Below, in pieces: positions 8,553-17,189 of a DNA stretch of 23,417 nt (positions are counted from its first letter, which is position 1; the number at the start of each line of letters is the position of its first letter). The stretch spans positions 1 to 23,417 of the forward strand of contig JBLIRN010000044.1 in the NCBI GenBank assembly GCA_049472315.1, given 5' to 3'. The stretch is from a bacterium. GTDB lineage: Bacteria; SZUA-182; DTGQ01; JAFGSM01. The position numbers were made by a program, and so were the translations under genes. The notes under the pieces were generated by a model that saw only the letters and a list, made by a program, of their open reading frames with translations, was not told the DNA's origin and did no database searches.

Positions 8553-10262
8553 ATGAAAACAAATGCACTGATCGGTTTCGTTTGCCTCACCTGCTGCATC
8601 CTTCTTTCTCACCAATTTTCCTTTAAATCTGCGTGTCAAAAGGCGCATGCCGATTCCTTTCAAACCACTGCGCTTGCGCAGAGTTCATGGCCATGCATAG
8701 GACACGATTCAAGTCGCACTTGCCAAAGCCCTTATATCGGGGCACAATCCAGTAAACTAAAATGGACAAGCCATGTGAGTGAAACGTACCTCAGCTCACC
8801 AATAATAGATGCAAACAATACAATTTATTTTGCAAGTGGTGATGGGAATCTATATGCCATCAGGTCAGATGGCAGAATGGAATGGTTTTTTAAAACTGAT
8901 GATGTTGTTCCAACAGTACCTGCTATTGGCTTAAACGGAACCATCTATTGCGGAAGCACCGGAGGTACTGCAGGCAGCGGTAGATTATATGCCATTGATC
9001 CGGGCGGCCACCTCAAATGGCTTTTCCAAACAGGAGGATATGGAATAACGTCACCGGCTATAGCTGCTGATGGAACAATCTATATAGGAATTTACTTTAA
9101 AGGCTCATGTGGTTATGATTTGAATGCCGAGCAGAATAGCGCTGGAGATGACAATTTATATGCGCTCGACCCGAATGGCCTCCTTAAATGGAGTTACAAA
9201 ACTGGAAGCATGATTCCATACTCTCCGGCCATAGGGAATGACGGCACGATCTATTTTAAGTGTGATGACAAAAATATCTATGCCCTTGACCCGAACGGCC
9301 GGCTTAAATGGAAATCCCAGATGGAACTGATGCAAGGTTCTTCACTGGCTACTAGTCCTGATGGAACAATCTATAATGTCTATTTTGAGACATCTATGGG
9401 AGGTGATGCGACATTCACAGCTATCGATCCGAACGGTCTGATAAAATGGGAAATTCAATGCGGCGGTGAGATGCTTACCTATATTAGCGACATTTCGTTA
9501 ATGCCTGCCATCAGTGCAGATGGTACAATCTATTTTGGATTAATAACAAAATACATACTACCAATTTACGGCAATAAGCCCTCTTGCTCATATTCAAGCA
9601 GGATTTATTCCATAGACCTTAATGGCAGCCTGATATGGGATAATACTATTGAAACAATATCATATTGGGATTACTTGATATCACCACCACCTTTGGAACA
9701 CTTCTTCATATCAATACCACCTTGGGAAGCCATCTCAACCTGGTATTCATCATATTACGCGCATTCTTTCTCACCTTCCTCTCTCGCGATCGGGGCTGAC
9801 GGCACAATTTATACGGTGAGCTATGGTGGGAATATCTATACCTACAATTCGGATGGGAGCCTGAAATGGCAATATAGCACGGATGATAGATTTTTATCTT
9901 CCCCGGCAATAGGATCCGATGGCACAATCTATATTGGAAGCGAGAATGGGAATATATATGCCTTTGGTGAAGAAAAATCCTACCGTGCATATCCTCAATG
10001 GCCTGCATGCTCATTATGGCCCTTCTTGTACTGGTCACCAAGCCATATAAATCAACCTTGGCAAAATAGCTGGGGCACTATTTTCGATCAACTGCCATAT
10101 ATGAAGGCTATTCTAAGCAATCAATTCATAAACATGTCTGAAAAAGATGATAGCTCTCCGTATCAATCATGTTGGGCAACCTGCCTTGATTGCGAGCCAT
10201 CCTTTAACTGGCAAACACAAAATTATCCTTTGGAGATTCCTTTAGACTATTGGTCTTGGTAA
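8553..10262 (+). CDS. Secreted PQQ-like 8-bladed beta-propeller protein with aromatic-rich C-terminal tail
   Basis: Signal-like N-terminus ending AHA/D; WPCIGHD..RT..SPY cap; eight 'SPAIGxDGTIYxG..LYAxxPxGxLKW' blades; ~95-aa W/Y/P/Q tail ending EIPLDYWSW. Confidence 0.88.
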   Translation: MKTNALIGFVCLTCCILLSHQFSFKSACQKAHADSFQTTALAQSSWPCIGHDSSRTCQSPYIGAQSSKLKWTSHVSETYLSSPIIDANNTIYFASGDGNLYAIRSDGRMEWFFKTDDVVPTVPAIGLNGTIYCGSTGGTAGSGRLYAIDPGGHLKWLFQTGGYGITSPAIAADGTIYIGIYFKGSCGYDLNAEQNSAGDDNLYALDPNGLLKWSYKTGSMIPYSPAIGNDGTIYFKCDDKNIYALDPNGRLKWKSQMELMQGSSLATSPDGTIYNVYFETSMGGDATFTAIDPNGLIKWEIQCGGEMLTYISDISLMPAISADGTIYFGLITKYILPIYGNKPSCSYSSRIYSIDLNGSLIWDNTIETISYWDYLISPPPLEHFFISIPPWEAISTWYSSYYAHSFSPSSLAIGADGTIYTVSYGGNIYTYNSDGSLKWQYSTDDRFLSSPAIGSDGTIYIGSENGNIYAFGEEKSYRAYPQWPACSLWPFLYWSPSHINQPWQNSWGTIFDQLPYMKAILSNQFINMSEKDDSSPYQSCWATCLDCEPSFNWQTQNYPLEIPLDYWSW

Positions 10263-10374
10263 GAGGGAATGAATTTGTTTGCCTTCAGGGGATGCGGACC
10301 CGAAAATGCAAGGAATAGGGGCGTTTATCGCTTTAGAGGGACGGTTTTTTTATAGACGCTATTTCCCATCGGGG

Positions 10375-10538
10375 TCCCTTCAGATCCTCGCCCTGCGGTA
10401 CTGGATATAGGCATCCCGGACGGAGAAGTGGTGATCGATGGCGGCCTCCCTTTAAGAGCCGCAGCCGTGCCCACCGGGCATGGCAGATCAATTTTAAATT
10501 CAAGAGGGAAAATATGGATCCAATTACGTCTATTATAA
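10375..10538. repeat. 164-bp direct repeat, copy B; weaker similarity to the region after the second propeller gene extends left to ~10263
   Basis: See copy A. 10263-10374 also resembles 15371-15492 (e.g. aatgcaaggaata..tttatcgcttta..cggtttttt vs aatgcgaggaata..tttatcggttta..cggtttttt). Confidence 0.95.
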
Positions 10539-10560
10539 ATGAGCCATATATCAAAAACCA

Positions 10561-10613
10561 GGTGGCTCACTTTTCACGACCGAAAATGGCTCACTTTTAA
10601 AAGACCGTTGACA
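10561..10613. mobile_element. Isolated IS21-family-like terminal inverted repeat (IS scar, no transposase)
   Basis: Reverse strand reads TGTCAACGGTCTTTTAAAAGTGAGCCATTTTCGGTCGTGAAAAGTGAGCCACC: a TG terminus plus two tandem subterminal GGTC..AAAAGTGAGCCA sites, the architecture of IS21 ends. It is absent from the paralogous region 8331-8382. Confidence 0.7.
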
Positions 10614-10637
10614 CCAGATAAAAAATGATGCCTTAAG

Positions 10638-10653
10638 TGGAACAAATACCGCA
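10638..10653 (+). promoter_or_regulatory. Putative (weaker) sigma54 promoter of the second propeller gene
   Basis: TGGAACAAATACCGCA keeps GG-N10-GC but has CC instead of TT before GC. Lies in a region paralogous to 8383-8510. Confidence 0.45.
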
Positions 10654-10900
10654 AATATGATAAATTATTTATATAGAATTATAATTTCTCAATAATGAAT
10701 ACATGGCAACAGCACGGCATTGAACGCTATTCTCCACGTACGTAAATAGGGATCCATGGTATTTTAAGCCCCTATTTGACCTAAGAAAACAGGATTGGGA
10801 CAGCCTGGTTTTTCATCCGTTTTAATAACGCAAAATAATGCAAAACTCAGCTTGTCTCATTGAATATATGGATGGACCTCACATGCTAAGGAGGCCGACC

Positions 10901-13900
10901 ATGAAGAGAGAGCAACGGATTGTTTTCATTTGTCTCGCCTTGTCTGTTTTTCTTTTTCATGTTTTTTTTCTCCACTTATCCTGCCTGAAGGTGCATGCCG
11001 ATTCACTTGAACCCGCCGGGCTGGCAGAAACTGCCTGGCCATGTCGAAGGCACGACACAAAAAACACCGGACGTAGTCCCTATATCGGGGCGCAAAACAG
11101 CACGCTGAAATGGCGTTTCAAAACAGAAGACAGAATCTACTCCACAACAGCAATCGATACAGACGGTACAATCTACTTTGGGAGTTATGATGGCAACCTC
11201 TATGCCCTCGACCCGAACGGCACCCTGAAATGGACCTATGAAACGGGGGAAATAATCTACGCCTCGCCCGGTATTGGTGCGGATCATACCATCTATATTG
11301 GGGGCATTGATGGGTACCTTTATGCCTTGAATCCGGATGGGACCCTGAAATGGCATTATGACACTGATGATTCGTGGGGGATTAACTCCTCACCGGCCAT
11401 AGGGGCTGACGGGACAGTGTATGTAGGCAGTAATAGTCAAAAAACCCTTTATGCCATCAATCCGGACGGTAGTCTGAAATGGAGATTTGAAAGCGGGAAT
11501 TCTATCTGCTCCACTCCGGCCATAGGTGATGATGGTACGATCTATTTCGGAAGCAATGACAACAAGGTCTATGCCATCAATCCGGATGGCAGCCTGAAAT
11601 GGAGCTTTAATACCGGTGGTTCGGTCTTTTCATCCCCTGCCATAGGCAGCGACGACACACTATTTTTCGGAAGCTTCGACGGCATGTTCTATGCCCTGAA
11701 TCCGGACGGCAGCCTGAAGTGGCAGTACCGGATTGGGGATCAGATCTATTCCTCACCGGCAATTGCAGCGGATGGAACGCTGTATTTCGGGAGCATGGAT
11801 GGGAAAATCTATGCCATGAACCCGGACGGGACACTTAAATGGCACCTTCAAACCGCAGATGGGATTTATTCCTCAGCGGTTATCGGTGCGGACGATACGA
11901 TCTATTGCGGCAGTATGGATGATCATATCTATGCCCTCAATCCGGATGGCAGTTTGAAATGGATCTATAAAACAGAAGACACCGTCCCTTCAACACCCGC
12001 CATAGCCGGCGACGGCATGGTCCTTGTGGGCAGTTCCGATGGATACCTCTATGCATTTGTCACCGGAGAGGATTTCGAAGAGGATACCGAACCCCCTGCA
12101 TTGATCTGCCCCGATGATATGGTTGTTTCGACATCGAAAGATCTGACGAGGGTAACCTATACGGCACAGGTTACGGACAACGTCGCTCCAATCCCCTTTT
12201 TGACCTATGATCCTCAACCTGGTTCGGAGTTCCCCTTGGGGATCACCCCCGTCACCATTACGGCAACCGATTTTTTTGGAAATTCCAGTACCTGTACGTT
12301 TACGGTGAACATAAAAAAGATTCCATTCAACGCCATTGGACTGGCGGACTCTGTATGGCCATGCAAGGGACACGATGCAAGGCGCACCGGAAAAAGCCCG
12401 TATGTTGGTGTACCGAAGGCGATAGTGAAATGGAGCTTTCAGACCGGGGACGATGTTCAATCCTCACCTGCAATCGATCAGAACGGCACCATCTATTTCG
12501 GAAGCCGGGATGATCATATCTATGCCCTGTATCCGGACGGCAGCCTGAAATGGAGCTTCCAAACCGGAGGGGATGTGGTATCCTCGCCTGCGATATGCGC
12601 CGATGGCACGATCTATTGCGGCAGTAACGACAAAAGGCTCTATGCCCTGAATCCGGACGGCAGTCTCAAGTGGAGCTTCCAGACCGGTTCCTATGTCACC
12701 TCCTCACCGGTCATTGGGATCGATGGCATAATCTATTTCGGTGGAGGCGACGATGACAAAAAGATCTATGCCCTGTATCCGGACGGCAGCCTCAGGTGGA
12801 GCTTCCAAACCGGGGGATGGATTAACTCCTCTCTAGCCGTTGGTGATGATGGCACGATCTATTGCGGCAGTTGTGATGGCTACATTTATGCCCTCAATCC
12901 GGACGGCAGCCTGAAGTGGAAGGATAAGATTGGATTCAAAGTCGAGTCGTCACCGGCGATCGGCGATGACTGCACGGTTTATATCGGAAGCGGCGATGCG
13001 AAGCTTTATGCCTTCAACCCGGATGCAACGATACGGTGGAGTTTCAAGACCGGATTCTGGATCAATTCCACACCGGCCATCGGTAATGACAGAACCATCT
13101 ATTGCAGCAGTGATACTAATATATATGCGTTAAACCCGAATGGAACATTGAAATGGAAATATGGGATCGAATCTCATTTCTATAGTGCCTCACCGGTCAT
13201 AGACGCTGGAGGCAGACTCTATTGCGGCGGTGGCCACAATGTGTATGCCATCAACCCGGATGGGACCATGAAATGGACCTATGAAACAGATGGAGCGATC
13301 CGGACCAGGCCGGCCATTGGCTCCGACGGAACGGTCTACGTCGGGAGCAATGACGGAAGACTATACGCCTTCGGGATCGCGGAAGACCATGACCCACCGG
13401 AGATCATCTGCAGGGATGTGACTGTTTCGGTTGCAGGCAGCGGCACAAGGGTGAATTATATATCAGAAATCTCCGACGATTTTGATCCGGAGCCCGACGT
13501 TATCTACGACCCTGATCCGAATTTTGTATTTCCGATCGGAACAACACAGGTTAACGTAACCGCTACGGATTTTGCCGGCAATGCAAGCACGTGCTCCTTT
13601 TGGGTCACCGTAGAGGAAGAGCCTGCGGGGCCGTCCCCATGGCCATGCATAGGCCATGATGCACGGCATACAGGTCAAAGCCCTTATGTGGGCGCTCGAA
13701 CCGACAATGTAAAATGGTTTTATCAAACAGACTACCTGATCACCTCTTCACCGGTTATAGGAACTGACGGAACCGTCTATTTCGGCAGCAAGGATAACAA
13801 AAGCATCTATGCCCTCAATCCGGATGGAACGCCTCGATGGACCTTCCAAACCGGATATTATGTGCTGTCCTCCCCTGCTGTAGGGCCTGATGGTTCAATC

Positions 13901-15370
13901 TACGCATCGAGCTGCGATGGGCATCTCTATGCACTCAATCCGGATGGAAGCCTTCAATGGTCCTTTGAGACTGAACCGTATTATATTGTGACCCCAACCA
14001 TCGGATCTGATGGCACGATTTATATCGGTGGATCAGATGGATATCCCTTTCCGCAATACGGCTATGTAGATGCAAATACCTCAATCGGGTACAATCTCTA
14101 TGCCCTCAATCCGGATGGGAGCGTGAAATGGCACTATACACATGCATATTGGGATATGCTGTCATCATCACCGGCAATCGATTCTGATGGTACGGTCTAC
14201 ATAGGAAGCTGCAGCGGTAATCTCTGTGCACTCGATCCGAGCGGCAACCTCAAATGGCGCTATCAAACCGGCAGCATTTCCGCGAACTCGTCCCTTTCCT
14301 ACCCGGTCATCGGTGCCGACGGAATGGTTTACATCCATAATGCAGAAACACTCTATGCCGTCGATTCGAATGGTGATCTCAATTGGAGCTATGAAACGGG
14401 ATTCGATGCATGGAAAACGGCACCTACAATCGGTGCGGATGGCACGATCTATGTAGGGGGAACCATTGATGAGATGTGGGCCTGTCTGTGGTATTCCTCT
14501 TCGTGTACTTATAGACATCAGCAAAAGCTCTTTGCCCTGAGATCCGACGGAATCCTGAAATGGGAGTTCATGATCAAGGAGTACTATGATACTACAGGAT
14601 CCGGTTGGACTCCCACATCACAATTGATCTCCCCGGACCAATCAGACTGGATTAAATCCCGCTTTTCCCCAGCCGTTGCAATCGGGGCCGACGGAATGAT
14701 TTATATGGGAGACAATGAAGGGTATGTATATGCCATTGATCAAGACGGCACCCTGATGTGGAGCTATGAAACGTCAGATGCAATCGTGTCCTCACCTGCG
14801 ATCTCTTCCGATGGCACACTGTATATCACCAGTACGGATGGGAGCATCTATGCCTTCGGGGAGGGAAAGATCTGCTATTTCGATGACGATGACGATGGGT
14901 ATGGGGATCCGAACATAAGCATCCAGGCATCTGTTTGCCCTGAGGGATATGCGGAGGAGAATCGGGACTGCAACGATCACGACCCTTCGATCCACCCGGG
15001 TGCTCCGGAGCTCTGCGACGAAAAGGATAATGACTGTGACGGGAATATCGATGAAGGATGTTCTTCATACGGGCAAAATGTGTGGAGATACCCTGGATAT
15101 CCTCAGTGGCCAGCATACCTGTTATGGCCTTCCATGTACTGGTCATCGAAATATATGCATCAACCCTGGCACAATACCTACGGAACCGCTTTCTATCAAA
15201 TGCCATATACGCAGACCATTACAGGCAATCAATTCAGAAGCATATCCGAAAGGGGTGTGTGGTCTCCGTATAACTTGTATTGGACAAATCTTTCCTATTA
15301 CCAGCCGTTCCTTCGCTGGCAAACACAGAATTATTCCTCGGAGATTCCTTTAGACTATTGGTCTTGGTGA
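10901..15370 (+). CDS. Large secreted protein: three PQQ-like 8-bladed propellers, two HYR (Ig-like) domains, an acidic Cys-rich putative metal-binding motif and an aromatic C-terminal tail
   Basis: ATG 10901 after AAGGAGG is preferred over 10838; signal-like segment ends VHA/D; 3 x 8 blades; HYR-like DTEPPALICPDD..FPLGITPVTITATD..GNSSTCTFTV (~12084-12313) and DHDPPEIIC..FPIGTTQVNVTATD.AGNASTCSFWV (~13385-13615); DDDDDGYGD..DCNDHDPSIHPGAPELCDEKDNDCDGNIDEG; ends EIPLDYWSW. Confidence 0.92.
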   Translation: MKREQRIVFICLALSVFLFHVFFLHLSCLKVHADSLEPAGLAETAWPCRRHDTKNTGRSPYIGAQNSTLKWRFKTEDRIYSTTAIDTDGTIYFGSYDGNLYALDPNGTLKWTYETGEIIYASPGIGADHTIYIGGIDGYLYALNPDGTLKWHYDTDDSWGINSSPAIGADGTVYVGSNSQKTLYAINPDGSLKWRFESGNSICSTPAIGDDGTIYFGSNDNKVYAINPDGSLKWSFNTGGSVFSSPAIGSDDTLFFGSFDGMFYALNPDGSLKWQYRIGDQIYSSPAIAADGTLYFGSMDGKIYAMNPDGTLKWHLQTADGIYSSAVIGADDTIYCGSMDDHIYALNPDGSLKWIYKTEDTVPSTPAIAGDGMVLVGSSDGYLYAFVTGEDFEEDTEPPALICPDDMVVSTSKDLTRVTYTAQVTDNVAPIPFLTYDPQPGSEFPLGITPVTITATDFFGNSSTCTFTVNIKKIPFNAIGLADSVWPCKGHDARRTGKSPYVGVPKAIVKWSFQTGDDVQSSPAIDQNGTIYFGSRDDHIYALYPDGSLKWSFQTGGDVVSSPAICADGTIYCGSNDKRLYALNPDGSLKWSFQTGSYVTSSPVIGIDGIIYFGGGDDDKKIYALYPDGSLRWSFQTGGWINSSLAVGDDGTIYCGSCDGYIYALNPDGSLKWKDKIGFKVESSPAIGDDCTVYIGSGDAKLYAFNPDATIRWSFKTGFWINSTPAIGNDRTIYCSSDTNIYALNPNGTLKWKYGIESHFYSASPVIDAGGRLYCGGGHNVYAINPDGTMKWTYETDGAIRTRPAIGSDGTVYVGSNDGRLYAFGIAEDHDPPEIICRDVTVSVAGSGTRVNYISEISDDFDPEPDVIYDPDPNFVFPIGTTQVNVTATDFAGNASTCSFWVTVEEEPAGPSPWPCIGHDARHTGQSPYVGARTDNVKWFYQTDYLITSSPVIGTDGTVYFGSKDNKSIYALNPDGTPRWTFQTGYYVLSSPAVGPDGSIYASSCDGHLYALNPDGSLQWSFETEPYYIVTPTIGSDGTIYIGGSDGYPFPQYGYVDANTSIGYNLYALNPDGSVKWHYTHAYWDMLSSSPAIDSDGTVYIGSCSGNLCALDPSGNLKWRYQTGSISANSSLSYPVIGADGMVYIHNAETLYAVDSNGDLNWSYETGFDAWKTAPTIGADGTIYVGGTIDEMWACLWYSSSCTYRHQQKLFALRSDGILKWEFMIKEYYDTTGSGWTPTSQLISPDQSDWIKSRFSPAVAIGADGMIYMGDNEGYVYAIDQDGTLMWSYETSDAIVSSPAISSDGTLYITSTDGSIYAFGEGKICYFDDDDDGYGDPNISIQASVCPEGYAEENRDCNDHDPSIHPGAPELCDEKDNDCDGNIDEGCSSYGQNVWRYPGYPQWPAYLLWPSMYWSSKYMHQPWHNTYGTAFYQMPYTQTITGNQFRSISERGVWSPYNLYWTNLSYYQPFLRWQTQNYSSEIPLDYWSW

Positions 15371-15434
15371 ACAGGAAAATGGATTTGATTACCCTTCCGG
15401 AGGCGCCGACCGGCAATGCGAGGAATACAAGCCT

Positions 15435-16322
15435 TTATCGGTTTAAGGAGTCGGTTTTTTCTTCTATCGAGGATTGCATCCCCTCGGGGTGTCTTCGAAT
15501 CTTGGCCCTGCGGTACTGGATATAGGCATCCCTGACGGAGAAATAGGGATCGATGGCCGCCTCCTTGATGGCCTCGTAATCCCCTATCTTCAGAGAGGTG
15601 TTGTTCACGGTCTTGAGGGAGTTGACCCCGACATATGCCTCCAGGGGATGGACATAGGTGACCGGATCGAACGCGAAATCCCCGACCAGACCAACTGAAT
15701 CACGCAGGGTGGAGGGACCGAGGATGGGCCAGGTGATGAAGATTCCCTCCCGTGCCCCGTATTCCCCGAAGGTCTGGCCGAAGTCCTCGTCCTGCTCGGC
15801 AAGGTGCAGGCAGGTGCCTGCCGGGTCGAAAAGCCCCCCGATCCCCACGGTGCTGTTCACAGTGAAGCGGGTGCATTCGATGCCTGCGCCCTTGATTTTT
15901 CCCTGGAGCACGCAGTTCACGAGGCGATTGGGGAAGAGAAGGTTCGAGAAGAAGTTTCGTACGCTGATCCGGAATGATTCGGGAAAGGCAACACGGTATA
16001 CCCGGGATGCCGGCCTTATCACCCAGAAGTAGAGCCGGTCGTTGAAGCCGAACATGGCACGGTTGAAGGGCTCAATGGGGTCGGCGACCTTCGGCTCCTC
16101 CTCCCACTCGTCGAAATCCTCATCCGAGACATCACCGTACCGGTCATCCAGGCCCGTTCTGTGCCCGGCGGATTCGTTTTCTGCAACAACCTCCTCGTAT
16201 CTCGGCCGGGATTGGGCAACCGCTTCCGAGGATGAATGGGCGGGTAGTGCAGGCATGCCTGTGCAAAGGAGGAGTAAAAGGGTGGCGGCGGAAACGATCG
16301 CCTTCCCGGATTTCCATATCAT
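15435..16322 (-). CDS. mlaA: MlaA/VacJ family lipid-asymmetry protein
   Basis: DPIEPFNRAMFGFNDRLY, NFFSNL, RFTVNSTVGIGGLFD, EDFGQTFG, PILGPSTLRD, DPYFSVRDAYIQYR. Confidence 0.95.
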   Translation of the reverse strand: MIWKSGKAIVSAATLLLLLCTGMPALPAHSSSEAVAQSRPRYEEVVAENESAGHRTGLDDRYGDVSDEDFDEWEEEPKVADPIEPFNRAMFGFNDRLYFWVIRPASRVYRVAFPESFRISVRNFFSNLLFPNRLVNCVLQGKIKGAGIECTRFTVNSTVGIGGLFDPAGTCLHLAEQDEDFGQTFGEYGAREGIFITWPILGPSTLRDSVGLVGDFAFDPVTYVHPLEAYVGVNSLKTVNNTSLKIGDYEAIKEAAIDPYFSVRDAYIQYRRAKIRRHPEGMQSSIEEKTDSLNR

Positions 16323-16576
16323 GCGGTATCCCGTGTTGTAAGCATTATTCGAGTGATTCGATAACTCGCCATTCGGGTTTAAAAGTGAAGCAAGCCTTCA
16401 AGCTTTACAGAAGAACGCGTATTATAGTAGTTTTGCTCCGCTCAAACAAAGTTTGGCTGGCATAGTCGCAAGCCCTTTATATTATCAGAAAGTGCAGCAT
16501 AGTGCTCCGCTTCGCTTCGCCTGACAAAGTTTGGTTGGCGCACCCCCTTCCCGCTCTCCAGCAATGTATCGAGCGG

Positions 16577-17170
16577 TTATGACCCGTTGACCTTTTCGCG
16601 GAGGATGGCGAGGAGCCCGTCGGGGGATTTCGTCAGGAGGATCTCCCTGAACTGGGTGCGATAGTTCTTGATGAGGCTCACCCCCTCGATGATCACGTCG
16701 TATACCCTCCATGTTCCCTCAATCCGGATGACCCGGTAGAAGATGGGGATATCGGCGGATGCGGTGAGGATGTGGCTCTGGACCTCCGCCTTGTCGTCGG
16801 CGAGGATGATCTCCCGATCGAAGACCACCTTCTCGTCGCTATAGGCAAGTATCCGGTCCATATAGGCCTTTTCGAGGATCGCCCGGTAGAGGGTCACGAA
16901 TTCCTCCCGCTGCTCCCTGTTCAGGCTGTTCCACTCCCTTCCCAGGGTCCTCTTGGCAAGCTCGATGAAATCGAACATGCCATCGGCAATGGATTCGACT
17001 CGTTTCTTCTTGGTATCCCGGGCGGTTTCCTCCTGCAGCGCCGGATCGCGCAGTACCTCCAGCACACTGTTGACGTGTGTTTGGATAGTTTCAAGCGGCA
17101 CGCCCGCGCTCACGCAGGGAGGAACTACGAGCAGGCACACCAGGGCCGCCGCGATCACTGCCTTCTTCAT
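16577..17170 (-). CDS. mlaC: MlaC/Ttg2D periplasmic phospholipid-binding protein
   Basis: Start MKKAVIAA at 17170 after an AAAGGAAG RBS; signal peptide; FDF.ELAKRTLG..W, WRVYDVIIEGVSLIKNYRTQF. Confidence 0.93.
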   Translation of the reverse strand: MKKAVIAAALVCLLVVPPCVSAGVPLETIQTHVNSVLEVLRDPALQEETARDTKKKRVESIADGMFDFIELAKRTLGREWNSLNREQREEFVTLYRAILEKAYMDRILAYSDEKVVFDREIILADDKAEVQSHILTASADIPIFYRVIRIEGTWRVYDVIIEGVSLIKNYRTQFREILLTKSPDGLLAILREKVNGS

Positions 17171-17189
17171 ACCGTGCTTCCTTTCACGC

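Noticed and set aside
9985..15370. Similar 3' ends of the two propeller genes as DGR template/variable repeats
   Set aside because: Mismatches involve all bases rather than adenines only, both copies are coding, and no reverse transcriptase is in the window.
8553..15370. Propeller proteins as PQQ-dependent dehydrogenases or BamB
   Set aside because: Highly regular short blades, no recognisable quinoprotein active-site motifs or lipobox. HYR spacers fit a surface/adhesin role better.
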